DNA of 64,000 nucleotides from Desulfobacterales bacterium (lineage in GTDB: Bacteria > Desulfobacterota > Desulfobacteria > Desulfobacterales > UBA2174), in the NCBI GenBank assembly GCA_963668645.2, contig CAXXWC010000022.1:64001-128000 (forward strand), in the 5' to 3' direction. Within the stretch, counting starts at the first letter, position 1. Each line of letters starts with the position of its first letter. The notes beneath the pieces are model-generated. The model was not told the DNA's origin, did not search any database, and saw only the letters and a program-made list of their open reading frames with translations. This document shows, piece after piece, positions 1-9,637 of this stretch. The position numbers were made by a program, and so were the translations under genes.

Positions 1-968
1 TCGAAGACGCCCTGCCATTGTATCGGCAGGAAAAAATCTTTTTGCGCATTGGTATCGACCTGCCCCGTTCGACCATGTGCACTTGGCTGATCAAGGTGGC
101 CGACTTGGCCCGGCCGCTAATGGACCTGATGGGTCAGGAAATCCGATCCGGCCCGGTGGTGAACGTTGATGAGACCACGGTTCAGGTGATGAAAGAACCG
201 GGCAAGGCCGACACCAGCAAATCCTATATGTGGCTGTTTCGAGGAGGGCAGCCGGACCGGCCGGTATTGGTGTTCGAATATCATCCGAGCCGTTCGGGGC
301 AAATCCCGCTTGACTATCTGAGTGGATACCAAGGCTATGTGCAATGCGATGCCTACAGCGGGTATGACGCATTGGGCAGGCAAGAAGGCGTGGTGTTGCT
401 AGGCTGCTGGTCACATGCCCGGCGCAAGTTCGACGAAGTCATCAAGGCCCGTGGAGGAGCCAAACGCAAAGGCAGCGCTGAGCAGGCCCTGGAGTATATC
501 GGCCGGCTGTACGCCGTGGAAAAGAAGGCACGTGAAGCCGGGCTGGATTCGGATGCCATCCGCGATCTGCGCCAGCGGGAAGCCAAACCGGTTCTCGACG
601 AGTTCAAGGCCTGGATGGACGCGAAAACCTTGGCGACGCCTCCCAAAGGGCTGCTCGGCAAGGCTATTCTTTACACGCTCAACAATTGGCAGCGCCTGGT
701 CGGCTATCTTGAGGATGGCCGGTTGCGGCCGGACAATAACCTGGCGGAAAATGCGATCCGACCGTTTGTGCTAGGCAGAAAAAATTGGCTGTTCGCCGGC
801 AACCCGGACGGCGCTCGTGCCGCCGCCGTGTATTACAGTCTGATCGAAACCGCCAAGGCCAATGGCTGGAAGGTGTACGATTATCTGACCTACCTGTTCG
901 AAAACCTGCCGCTGGCAAAAACCGAAGAAGATTACCGCAAGCTGCTCCCCTACAACCGCTCTCAATAG
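1..968 (+). CDS. tnpC: IS66 transposase TnpC (5'-truncated by window edge)
   Basis: Motifs DETTVQV, CWSHARRKF and DNNLAENAIRPFVLGRKNWLF. Confidence 0.93.
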   Translation, partial: EDALPLYRQEKIFLRIGIDLPRSTMCTWLIKVADLARPLMDLMGQEIRSGPVVNVDETTVQVMKEPGKADTSKSYMWLFRGGQPDRPVLVFEYHPSRSGQIPLDYLSGYQGYVQCDAYSGYDALGRQEGVVLLGCWSHARRKFDEVIKARGGAKRKGSAEQALEYIGRLYAVEKKAREAGLDSDAIRDLRQREAKPVLDEFKAWMDAKTLATPPKGLLGKAILYTLNNWQRLVGYLEDGRLRPDNNLAENAIRPFVLGRKNWLFAGNPDGARAAAVYYSLIETAKANGWKVYDYLTYLFENLPLAKTEEDYRKLLPYNRSQ

Positions 969-1032
969 ACTTCAGACGGAACGCGAAACCAGGCTTATCG
1001 GGCGGTTGGGGTGCGGTTTGCCGAACGCTTAC
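1..1032 (+). mobile_element. IS66-family element, 3' part (left end outside window)
   Basis: TnpC-type transposase followed by terminal ...CCGAACGCTTAC (reverse complement GTAAGCG, the typical IS66 end) at 1021-1032; the sequence turns AT-rich right after it. Confidence 0.9.
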
Positions 1033-1302
1033 GATTATAAAAATAAAAGATGGGTCATCAATAATAAATCCGGGCGGTATTCCAAAGAGAATATAGATCG
1101 TTTCCCCAACCAATTGGGCAATGCCGCCGCATTGATTCACGCCGTGGTCGACCCTGGAGGCCAGGCTTGGGGAGCGGTGGTCTATCTTTTGAATTATGCA
1201 CCTGAATCAGTGAAAACCAGGGAGCAATACAACATAGAACTCCGGTTCGGCAATCCCAAGACCAGGGGCCGTCCCTATCTGTTATTGGATCAGGACTGGT
1301 GA
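1033..1302 (+). pseudogene. 3' remnant of a hypothetical gene interrupted by IS66
   Basis: An open frame (KRWVINNKSGRY...LLLDQDW) starts at the IS end and has no start codon of its own. Confidence 0.5.
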
Positions 1303-1483
1303 AAAATTTATGAACCCGGCAGCAGAAAGCATGAAGATTAAGGATTATCAAAAACCCGAAAATATGGCCCCGGCTGATCCCTCCCCACCCTTACAAAAAT
1401 CATAGCGGTTTCCGCTGGATCTCGAATTCATCGAAAATCGCTGGGCCCTCCACCTCTCCCTTGGCAGAGCTCGATACCACCAC

Positions 1484-1507
1484 TATATAACTAAAAAAGA
1501 ATATATT
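1484..1507. promoter_or_regulatory. Putative ArsR operator 1
   Basis: TATATAACTAAAAAAGAATATATT just upstream of arsR; 21/24 identical to the reverse complement of 3086-3109. Confidence 0.6.
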
Positions 1508-1539
1508 GGAGAACGCCAACGCAATCCTTTATCCGGGTA

Positions 1540-1926
1540 ATGAAGGCCTTGTCCGACCCCAACCGGGTCAAGATCATCAAGCTATTGCAACAGCGTGACC
1601 TTTGTGTTTGCAAGCTGCGCACCGCCCTGGCAATCAGCCAGCCGAGCGTATCCAAACACCTAAAAATAATTGAAGACGCAGGACTGACGACCTCGAGCAA
1701 AGATGGACTCCACGTCAATTACCGGCTGGCGGACGGCAGCACCTCTCCTTACGCGTCCACCCTGTTGGGCAGCCTGCGCCACTGGCTCGACCACGACCCG
1801 GCAGTGGCGGCCCTGGTGGCAAACCACCGGACAACCGGGCCTATCGGACTTTCGCGGTGGACGGGATCGTACTTTACATCGAACAGTGCCTGCTTGACGC
1901 CATCGATCCCGGGCAAAACATCCTGA
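1540..1926 (+). CDS. arsR: ArsR/SmtB family regulator (probably damaged: ACG at the expected start 1519, aberrant C-terminus)
   Basis: KALSDPNRVKII...LCVC...ISQPSVSKHLK helix-turn-helix. GGAG at 1508-1511 precedes an in-frame ACG at 1519. Confidence 0.8.
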   Translation: MKALSDPNRVKIIKLLQQRDLCVCKLRTALAISQPSVSKHLKIIEDAGLTTSSKDGLHVNYRLADGSTSPYASTLLGSLRHWLDHDPAVAALVANHRTTGPIGLSRWTGSYFTSNSACLTPSIPGKTS

Positions 1927-1982
1927 AGGTGCACATGGCCGATTACGGGACATGGGTGCTGCATTTCGGCGATTGCGGATAA
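1818..1982 (+). pseudogene. Start-less C-terminal fragment of a small protein (GKPPDNRAYRTFAVDGIVLYIE...), CC/Se-motif/HesB-like
   Basis: Protein-like 54-codon frame overlapping the abnormal arsR tail. The family resemblance is from recall only. Confidence 0.4.
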
Positions 1983-2021
1983 CCTTTATTTTCTCGACAG
2001 CAACGGGATTGGGAGGCGGAA

Positions 2022-2450
2022 ATGGCTGACAATTGCTGCGCTTGCGGCGCTGATGTGATGATTCTGGCCTGTTCGGGCGGATCCAACGTAGGGCAATTGT
2101 CCAACCAGGCGGCCGTGGAACTGACCGGGGAAGGCTTCGGCAAAATGTTCTGCCTGGCGGGCATCGGCGGAAAACTTTCCGGTTTCGTGCAGTCGGCCAG
2201 GGACGTACCGCAAATGGTCGTTATCGACGGGTGCCAGGTGGGCTGCGCCCGGGCCATCATGGAGCAGGCGGGCGTTGCGCTGCGCGGCTACCTCGTGCTC
2301 ACCGACGAGGGGATCGAAAAAAACAAGAATCTGTTCCCGGAACGCGCCGACATTGAGAAGGCCAAGGCGGCCGTGAAACGGGTGGCGGCGCAAAGCAACG
2401 CTGGCGATCCAAAGACCATCAGCAGTGGATGCGGATGTGATGCTTGCTGA
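2022..2450 (+). CDS. DGC-domain putative zinc-binding protein
   Basis: ACSGGSNVGQ, FCLAGIG and IDGCQVGCA motifs; RBS GGAGG. Confidence 0.85.
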   Translation: MADNCCACGADVMILACSGGSNVGQLSNQAAVELTGEGFGKMFCLAGIGGKLSGFVQSARDVPQMVVIDGCQVGCARAIMEQAGVALRGYLVLTDEGIEKNKNLFPERADIEKAKAAVKRVAAQSNAGDPKTISSGCGCDAC

Positions 2451-2501
2451 TCGACAGTCTTCGGGATAGCAACGAACTCTGCCGACGGCTGCTGAAACGG
2501 G

Positions 2502-2996
2502 TTGTTTCTCACCATCGCCGTGGTGGGCATTGCATGCGCGGTTTTAGGCCGCATGCTCGGTGACGTGGGCAGATGGTGGCAGGTCCCGGTCGGGGCCGTT
2601 CTGATCTGGGTGGCCATGGGCATGCTTGGCGTGCAGGCCTGCACCATGTCCGGGTCGTTGCTCTACCGGTTCCAGCTGCGCGGCATCCACGGCGCTTTTG
2701 GCCTGGGAATGGCCTACGGCCTGCTCTCCGGCTCTTGCACCTTCGGTTTCATCGCTCCCATCCTGGCCATCGTCACCGTACAGCAGAAAATCGTCGCCGG
2801 TTCCTTGATGATGCTTCTCTTTGCCGCCGGCCACTGCCTGCCCATCGCCGTGGCCGGCAGTTCCACCGCCATGGTGCGCAGATTGACGGAAAGCGTTGCC
2901 TGGCAAGGGGCCGGTTTGTGGTTCCGGCGTGCCGCCGGGGTCGTCATCGGGCTGTTGGGCCTTTTTTTTGTGGCCAACCCGCTCATCGGCGCTTGA
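2502..2996 (+). pseudogene. CcdA/DsbD-like membrane protein, N-terminally truncated
   Basis: Hydrophobic helices with GSCTFGFIAPIL. Only 164 aa; the N-terminal helix with the first redox Cys and a good RBS/start are missing. Confidence 0.6.
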
Positions 2997-3065
2997 GAAT
3001 CGTAACCGCGCCCCAGACAGCGCGCATATCCATTTCCAGGACCTCCGGCCTGACTGATCGCCGGG

Positions 3066-3109
3066 TTGACAGGCCGGAATCCGGCAATATATTCCTTTAT
3101 GGTTATATA
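3066..3109 (+). promoter_or_regulatory. Sigma70-type promoter overlapping putative ArsR operator 2
   Basis: TTGACA at 3066-3071; AATATATTCCTTTATGGTTATATA at 3086-3109 matches operator 1. Confidence 0.6.
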
Positions 3110-3157
3110 TTATAACGATCCTAAAATTCTGGACGCATAATTCAAAGGAATCGATTC

Positions 3158-4252
3158 ATGGCCCATTCGGTGGCAACCTGCTGCTCAACCCCCAAACAGC
3201 CCCAATCCTCCGGCAAGACCCGGCCGGCATCCCCTTTTTCCCTGCGCTATGCATTGCTGGGCGCGCTGGGACTGCTGGCCTGGTGGATGATCTACCGGCA
3301 GCTGCTGCCGGCAGCCCGCTTTTTAACCTACGATCTTTTTAAAATCGGTGCCGGCACCCACCTGGGCGCGGCAGTGGAATTCTTCCTTTACGATACGCCC
3401 AAGGTGCTGATGCTCCTGACCCTGGTGGTCTTCGGCGTCGGCATCCTGCGCAGCTTCTTTACTGCCGAGCGCACCCGGGCCGTTCTGGCGGGCAAGAGTG
3501 CCCTGGCCGGCAGCGTGCTGGCCGCCCTGCTGGGCATCGTCACCCCTTTTTGCTCCTGTTCGGCCGTGCCGCTTTTTATCGGTTTTGTCACCGCCGGGGT
3601 CCCGCTGGGGGTGACCTTTTCGTTTCTTATCGCCGCGCCGATGGTCAACGAGGTCGCCGTGGGCCTGCTCTTGGGCCTGGTGGGCTGGCAGGTCTCCCTG
3701 CTCTACATGGCCACTGGTCTGAGCGTCGCGGTGGGGGCCGGCTGGACCATCGGCAAGCTCGGCCTGGAACACCACATCGAGCCCTGGGTCACCGGCATGC
3801 TTGCGGTTCCGGCTGCGGTAGTCGAGGAACGTTTGACCTGGCCCGATCGTGTCCGCTACGGCGCCGATGCGGTGCGCGAGATCGTGGCCAAGGTCTGGCT
3901 CTACCTGATCGCCGGCATCGCGGTGGGGGCCGGCATCCACGGCTACGTGCCCCAAGACGCCATGGCGGCCGTCATGGGCAAGGGAGCCTGGTGGAGCGTA
4001 CCGCTGGCCGTGATCATCGGGGTGCCGATGTACGCCAACGCCGCCGGAATCATTCCGGTGGTCGAGGCCCTGCTGGGCAAGGGAGCGGCTCTGGGCACGG
4101 TGCTGGCCTTCATGATGTCGGTGATCGCCCTTTCCCTGCCGGAGATGATCATCCTGCGCAAGGTCCTGCGCCCCAGGCTGATCGGCGTTTTTATCGCGGT
4201 GGTGACATGCGGTATTTTGCTGGTGGGCTATCTTTTCAACGCCCTGATCTAG
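3158..4252 (+). CDS. ArsP/DUF318-family permease
   Basis: TPFCSCSAVP and GVPMYAN motifs, multiple TM helices, ars-type context. Confidence 0.88.
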   Translation: MAHSVATCCSTPKQPQSSGKTRPASPFSLRYALLGALGLLAWWMIYRQLLPAARFLTYDLFKIGAGTHLGAAVEFFLYDTPKVLMLLTLVVFGVGILRSFFTAERTRAVLAGKSALAGSVLAALLGIVTPFCSCSAVPLFIGFVTAGVPLGVTFSFLIAAPMVNEVAVGLLLGLVGWQVSLLYMATGLSVAVGAGWTIGKLGLEHHIEPWVTGMLAVPAAVVEERLTWPDRVRYGADAVREIVAKVWLYLIAGIAVGAGIHGYVPQDAMAAVMGKGAWWSVPLAVIIGVPMYANAAGIIPVVEALLGKGAALGTVLAFMMSVIALSLPEMIILRKVLRPRLIGVFIAVVTCGILLVGYLFNALI

Positions 4253-4326
4253 GCCGCCGGCATCCAGGCCGTCAAACCGACACTTACCGGCAACGCCTCG
4301 CACACATCTTGCAAGGAAAACGGTCC

Positions 4327-5703
4327 ATGAACCGGCACCTGATCATCGGCGGCAGCGACGCGGGCATCAGCGCGGCCCTGCGCATCAGGGAACTCGCCCC
4401 GGAGGCGGAGGTCACGGTGGTGGCGGCCGACGCCTATCCCAACTTCAGCATCTGCGGCCTGCCGTTCTTTCTCAGCGGCGAGGTGGCCGACTGGCGCCGT
4501 CTGGCCCACCGAGACGCGGCCCAAATCGAGGCCCACGGCATCCGCTTGCGGCTCAACCAACGCGTCACGGCCATCGATCCCGGGGCCAAAAAGATTTGGC
4601 TTGACGCCACGGGAAGCCGCCCCAGACAGATGGCCTACGACAAACTGCTCATCGCCACCGGGGCCGAATCGGTCCGTCCGCCCATTAAAGGGCTGGATAC
4701 TTCAGGGGTTTTCTTCCTGCGCTGGATGGACGACGGCTTCGCCCTCAGGAATTTTCTGGATCGGCACAACCCGCGCCGCGCCGTGGTGGTCGGCGGCGGG
4801 TACATCGGCCTGGAGATGGCCGACGCGCTGGCCCGCCGCAACCTGGCCGTGACCTTGATGGAATTTGCCCCCGAGGTGCTCACCACCCTGGATCCGGAGC
4901 TGGGGGTGCTGATCCGGACCGAGCTTGAGGCCAAAAAGGTGCGGATTCTCACAGGCCGGACAGTGGAACGCATCGTGCCCCAGGCCGGGGCTCTGGTGGT
5001 GAAGTCCGTTGCTGGGCCTGACGAAAAAACCGAACTGGTCATCGTGGCCGCCGGGGCCAAACCGTCCACTTCGCTGGCCGCAGCAGCCGGAATCGATACC
5101 GGAGTGAGTGGCGCCATCCGCGTCGATCGCACCATGGCCACCTCGGCGGCGGACATCTGGGCGGCCGGGGATTGCGTCGAAACCTGGCACCGGATCCTCC
5201 GGCACAACGCCTACCTGCCCCTGGGCACCACGGCCCACAAGCAGGGCCGGGTGGCAGGCGAAAACATGCTGGGTGGCAGGCGTGAATTTCAGGGCAGCCT
5301 CGGTACCCAGGCGGTCAAGGTTTTCGACCGGGTGGCGGCCCGCACCGGACTGAGGGACCGCGAGGCCCTGGAAGCCGGTTTCGATCCGCTTACCGTCGCT
5401 CTTACCGTCTGGGATCACAAGGCATACTACCCGGGAGCCAGCGAACTGCACATCCGCATCACCGGAGACCGGCGTTCGGGCCGTCTGCTGGGGGCGCAGA
5501 TGGTCGGGGCCTGCGGCGCCGAGGTCTCCAAGCGCATCGATATCTTCGCCGCCGCGCTGTACCACGCCATGGCGGTCGACGACCTCAACGGTATCGATCT
5601 GAGCTACACCCCGCCCCTTTCCAGCCCCTGGGACCCGGTGCAGATGGCGGCCCAGGCCTGGTGTGCCAGGATAAAGTCCTCCGGCACCAAAATCAAATAT
5701 TGA
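4327..5703 (+). CDS. FAD-dependent pyridine nucleotide-disulfide oxidoreductase (CoA-disulfide reductase-like)
   Basis: IIGGSDAG, SICGLPF redox Cys, GGGYIGLE, WAAGDC and DLSYTPP; ATG at 4327 after AAGGAA. Confidence 0.9.
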   Translation: MNRHLIIGGSDAGISAALRIRELAPEAEVTVVAADAYPNFSICGLPFFLSGEVADWRRLAHRDAAQIEAHGIRLRLNQRVTAIDPGAKKIWLDATGSRPRQMAYDKLLIATGAESVRPPIKGLDTSGVFFLRWMDDGFALRNFLDRHNPRRAVVVGGGYIGLEMADALARRNLAVTLMEFAPEVLTTLDPELGVLIRTELEAKKVRILTGRTVERIVPQAGALVVKSVAGPDEKTELVIVAAGAKPSTSLAAAAGIDTGVSGAIRVDRTMATSAADIWAAGDCVETWHRILRHNAYLPLGTTAHKQGRVAGENMLGGRREFQGSLGTQAVKVFDRVAARTGLRDREALEAGFDPLTVALTVWDHKAYYPGASELHIRITGDRRSGRLLGAQMVGACGAEVSKRIDIFAAALYHAMAVDDLNGIDLSYTPPLSSPWDPVQMAAQAWCARIKSSGTKIKY

Positions 5704-6313
5704 TCACCTTGTCCGCCAGTTGCATGGCGGTGACGATATCGAGCATGTTGGTGGTTTCACCCACCTGCTTGCGTTCGAGCAGATCGAAGTGCGTCAGGCA
5801 GGTGCCGCAGACCAGGATCTGCAACCCGCCGGCGGCGTAGTCCTGCAACACGTCCAGCACCGGGCTGCCGTCGATGGTCAGCTTGACCCCGTTGTTGACG
5901 AAAACCAGGCGCCACAGTTCGTCGCCCATCTCGGCCAGGGTCTTGATAAAACTGATTATCAGCTTGGCGCCCAGCACGTCGTCGCCATAGCCCATACGGT
6001 CGGTGGCGATCATCACCATGATCTTGCGCAGATCGTCGCCGGCAGGAGAAACGACCTTCCTTTCCGGCTCCTGGGCCACTGCCGGGACACCATCCTGCAC
6101 CTGGCCGCCGCGGCCCACCACCACCTGATCGCTGCCGCTGGCCTCGATTTCCACAGCGAAGCCCCGGCTTTGTAAAAATCGGGAAACGTTCTGGGCCGAA
6201 GCGGCGTTGTCCACCACCACGCGCAGTGCATCGGCGCCTTCGTTTTCGACGGCCGCCTTGGCCTGGAGGACCGGAGCCGGGCAGGCAAGGCCCCGGGCAT
6301 CGATTTCTTTCAT
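5693..6313 (-). CDS. yedF: Sulfurtransferase-like selenium metabolism protein YedF (TusA + DsrE domains)
   Basis: IDARGLACPAP TusA motif plus a C-terminal VCGTCLTHF...GETTNM DsrE-like domain; directly downstream of selD. Confidence 0.88.
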   Translation of the reverse strand: MKEIDARGLACPAPVLQAKAAVENEGADALRVVVDNAASAQNVSRFLQSRGFAVEIEASGSDQVVVGRGGQVQDGVPAVAQEPERKVVSPAGDDLRKIMVMIATDRMGYGDDVLGAKLIISFIKTLAEMGDELWRLVFVNNGVKLTIDGSPVLDVLQDYAAGGLQILVCGTCLTHFDLLERKQVGETTNMLDIVTAMQLADKVINI

Positions 6314-6378
6314 CTTTTTTATCCTTTTCCAAAACTTGTGAAACGGAATCGTCCGCTGCCGTATGCGAACGTCGTCAT

Positions 6379-7431
6379 TTAAACCACCCTGATCCGCTCT
6401 GCGGGACCGGAGGTCACCTCGCCGATGGCGGCCGCAGCGGCAATCCCCGCGCCGTGCAGGGCCGCGACCAGCTCGCTGGCCTGACCGCCGGCCACGCTGA
6501 TCAGCAGCCCTCCCGAGGTCTGGGGATCGAAAAGCACGTCCTGCATGATGGCGTCGATCCCGGCGCCAAAATCGACCATGGCCTGGCGAAACGTCCGGTT
6601 GCGGTGGGCTCCGGCCGGAACCAGGCCCATGGCGGCGAAATCGAGGGTTTCGGCGATCAGCGGCACCCGGGCGGCACTGATGCTCGCCGCGCATCCGGAA
6701 CCGCTGACCATCTCGGCCAGGTGCCCCAACAAACCGAATCCGGTCACGTCCGTGCAGGCCGAGACATCGAAGCCGGCCATGGTTTCGGCCGCCGTACGGT
6801 TCAGGGCCGCCATCTGCTCGGTGACGGCCGCCGCCGCGGCCGCCGAGGCCAGGCCCCCCTTGATGGCCGTGTTGATGATCCCGGTGCCCAGGGGCTTGGT
6901 CAGCACCAGATGATCGCCGGGCCGCAGGTTCTTTTTGGCCAGCACCCGGTCCGGGTGGATGTAGCCGGTGACCGCAAGCCCGTACTTGAGTTCCGTGTCC
7001 TCGACGCTGTGGCCACCGATCAACACCACCCCGGCTTCACGCATCACGGCGATTCCGCCCTCCAGAATGCGCCGCAGCACGGAAAAATCCATGGTTTTGG
7101 CCGGAAATGCCACCAGATTCATCGCCGTCTTGGGCACGCCGCCCATGGCGTAAACGTCGCTCAGGGCGTTGGCCGCGGCGATGCGCCCGAAATCGTAAGG
7201 ATCGTCGACGATGGGGGTAAAAAAATCCACCGTCTGGATCAGGGCCAGTTCGTCGTTGACCCGATATACCCCGGCGTCATCGGCCCGCTCTAATCCGATA
7301 AGAACGTTCTCGTCGGAAGGAAAGACGAGTCCGCAAAGCGCCCGGTCCAGGTCCCCCGGACCCAATTTAGACGCTCAACCGGCTCCGGCCACGGTAGTGG
7401 TCAGCCGGGGGTGTAATTTGTCATCGGTCAT
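6379..7431 (-). CDS. selD: Selenophosphate synthetase, selenocysteine form (UGA at codon 19)
   Basis: ATG at 7431 reads MTDDKLHPRLTTTVAGAG-UGA(7377-7375)-ASKLGP, in frame with the DDAGVY/QTVDFFTP/GGHS/DVTGFGLLGH/DPQTSGGLL body. Confidence 0.95.
7344..7362 (-). promoter_or_regulatory. Putative bacterial SECIS hairpin of selD
   Basis: GGUCCGG-GGGAC-CUGGACC stem-loop beginning 12 nt after the UGA, with a G-rich loop. Confidence 0.7.
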
Positions 7432-7503
7432 CAATCTTCCCCATTGAAATCGAATATCACAAGGCCACGAACGGTTGATAAAGAACGGATCGACTTTCGT
7501 CGA

Positions 7504-7743
7504 TCAGCTCTTTTGGGCGCCCTCGAAGGGGCAGATCATCTCGTCGGCCCCGAACACGTGCAACTGCCCGCAGTAAGGGCAGGGCTCGTCGAGGGCCAGA
7601 CGGGCATCCAGGCGCTTTTTCCCGTCGGACTCGGTGACGACACCCTTGTTTTCGACGATCCGGAAGGCGGCGGTCTCAAAAATCCGCCCCGTGGCAGGGC
7701 AGCTGAAAATGAAATCCATCCATTTCTCCTTTAGCGAGTCCAT
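7504..7743 (-). CDS. Small Cys-rich hypothetical protein (Zn-ribbon-like)
   Basis: FSCP...PCPYCG...ICPF motifs; lies upstream of selD on the same strand. Confidence 0.65.
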   Translation of the reverse strand: MDSLKEKWMDFIFSCPATGRIFETAAFRIVENKGVVTESDGKKRLDARLALDEPCPYCGQLHVFGADEMICPFEGAQKS

Positions 7744-8117
7744 TTCAGGTAAGACCAGCCACTGACTCTGTCCAGTCGATTATTTCAATCCATCCGTTTT
7801 TTCCCATCGATCTAATCGATTTGACAAGCAACACTTTTCACCATTAAGGGAGTATCGTTTTCAGTGAATTCTTCCGCTTTTCTCACAAGGTAGACATTCT
7901 CATGTTTTTTTGGCGCCTCGGATTTACCTGAGTTCGATCCTTCCGCTGCCCGGGTTGGCATGCATGGGAGAAGGACCGCGGCGCCGTTTAGCAAACCTAT
8001 CCTCCAGGTTTCGACATTCCGGCTTTTCAGAGGTTCTTCTCCCCGGCGGACAGAGATGACCGGGTTCCGTTGCGCCCTGGCAGCGGAGCCGTTTAATCGC
8101 AGGCCAAAGGAGAGCCA

Positions 8118-9449
8118 ATGGATACCCCTATTCGCGTTTCGACCACCGCATCTTCCACCTTTTTAGACGCCGTGCGCAATTTGTTGCCCGACGGCGGCAA
8201 CCTCAACCTTTGCCTGACCTGCGGGGCCTGCGCCTCGGGGTGCCCGGCCACCGGCCTGGAGGGCATGGATCCGCGCAAGTTCCTGCGCATGGCAGCCCTG
8301 GGTATGGACGAAGAGATCGCCGGTCACCCCTGGGTATGGCTCTGCTCCCAGTGCCAGCGTTGCGTTTACGTCTGCCCCATGGCCATCAATATCCCGGCCC
8401 TGGTTTACGAAGCGCGCAAGCTCTGGCCCCGGGAAACCCGGCCCAAAGGGATCCTCGGTTCCTGCGACATGGCTCTGCGCAACGAGAGCTGTTCGGCCAT
8501 GGGGACCCCGGAGGAAGATTTTATCTTCGTGGTCGAGGACGTCTCCGAAGAGGTGCGCGCCAACCAGCCCGGCTGGGAAAATCTGCAAGCGCCCATGGAC
8601 AAGCAGGGGGCCGAGTTCTTCCTGAGCCAGAACTCCCGTGAGCCGGTGACCGAGCCCGAAGAGATGATCCCCCTGTGGAAGATCCTGCACCTGGTCGGTG
8701 CCGACTGGACTTACGGCAGCACGGCCTGGGGCGGAGAGAACTACTGCATGTTTCTGGCCGACGACAAAGACTGGAAAACCATCACGGAAAAAACGGTGCG
8801 CAAGGCCGAGTCGCTCGGCTGCAAGGTCTATCTGAACACCGAGTGCGGCCATTCGACCTACTCGGTCTGGATGGGGGTCCAGAAACACGGCATCGCCACC
8901 GACCTTGAGATCGCGCCCATCGTTCCCTACTACGCGCGCTGGATCCGCGAGGGCAAGATCAAGCCGAGCAGCGCCTGGAACGCCGAACGCAAGATCCGTT
9001 TTACCGTCCAGGATCCCTGCCAGCAGGTACGCAAGAGCTTCGGCGATCCGTTGGCCGAGGACCTGCGCTTCGTGGTCAAGACCTGCGTGGGGGAGGAAAA
9101 CTTCGTCGACATGACCCCCAACCGCTCCAACAACTTCTGCTGTGGCGGGGGGGGCGGCTACCTGCAGTCGGGCTTTACTGAAGCCCGCCACGCTTACGGA
9201 AGAATCAAGTTCGATCAGATAATGGCCACCGGCGCCCAGTATGCCGTCACCCCGTGTCACAACTGCCACGCCCAGATCCACGACCTGGGCGAGCATTTCA
9301 AGGGCGGCTACCACGTCATCCATCTGTGGACCCTCATCGCCCTGTCGCTGGGGGTCCTGGGTGAAGAGGAGCGGGCCTACCTCGGTCCGGACCTGGCCGA
9401 AGTCTGGCTGCCCGGCGAGGAGGGAACCCCCGATCCGTTTGCCGCCTGA
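8118..9449 (+). CDS. HdrC/HdrD-like (Fe-S)-binding oxidoreductase with CCG domain
   Basis: CLTCGACASGCP, CSQCQRCVYVCP, QDPC, FCCGGGGG and PCHNC motifs. Confidence 0.88.
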   Translation: MDTPIRVSTTASSTFLDAVRNLLPDGGNLNLCLTCGACASGCPATGLEGMDPRKFLRMAALGMDEEIAGHPWVWLCSQCQRCVYVCPMAINIPALVYEARKLWPRETRPKGILGSCDMALRNESCSAMGTPEEDFIFVVEDVSEEVRANQPGWENLQAPMDKQGAEFFLSQNSREPVTEPEEMIPLWKILHLVGADWTYGSTAWGGENYCMFLADDKDWKTITEKTVRKAESLGCKVYLNTECGHSTYSVWMGVQKHGIATDLEIAPIVPYYARWIREGKIKPSSAWNAERKIRFTVQDPCQQVRKSFGDPLAEDLRFVVKTCVGEENFVDMTPNRSNNFCCGGGGGYLQSGFTEARHAYGRIKFDQIMATGAQYAVTPCHNCHAQIHDLGEHFKGGYHVIHLWTLIALSLGVLGEEERAYLGPDLAEVWLPGEEGTPDPFAA

Positions 9450-9637
9450 AGGCGTAAACCCTTTCCGTACAGTGCGGGACTTATCACCACCCGCCAAAGG
9501 AGGCATTGCGATGAAGGCTTGGGGGAGCCCCATCGCATGACCTCCTGTTGCAGATGCTGAACCTGCACCGTTATCTGGCCGGATCGATGCACCTCGACGA
9601 TTCGGCCAATTCCATGGAGGATTAAGAGGATCGCCTC

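Noticed and set aside
3550..4326. N-terminal extension making a 717-aa oxidoreductase
   Set aside because: This is an off-frame overlap with the permease; the real start is ATG 4327.
7985..8025. GCAAACC segment as a c-di-GMP-I (GEMM) riboswitch
   Set aside because: It lacks the GNRA loop and the GACGCAAAG/P2 signature.
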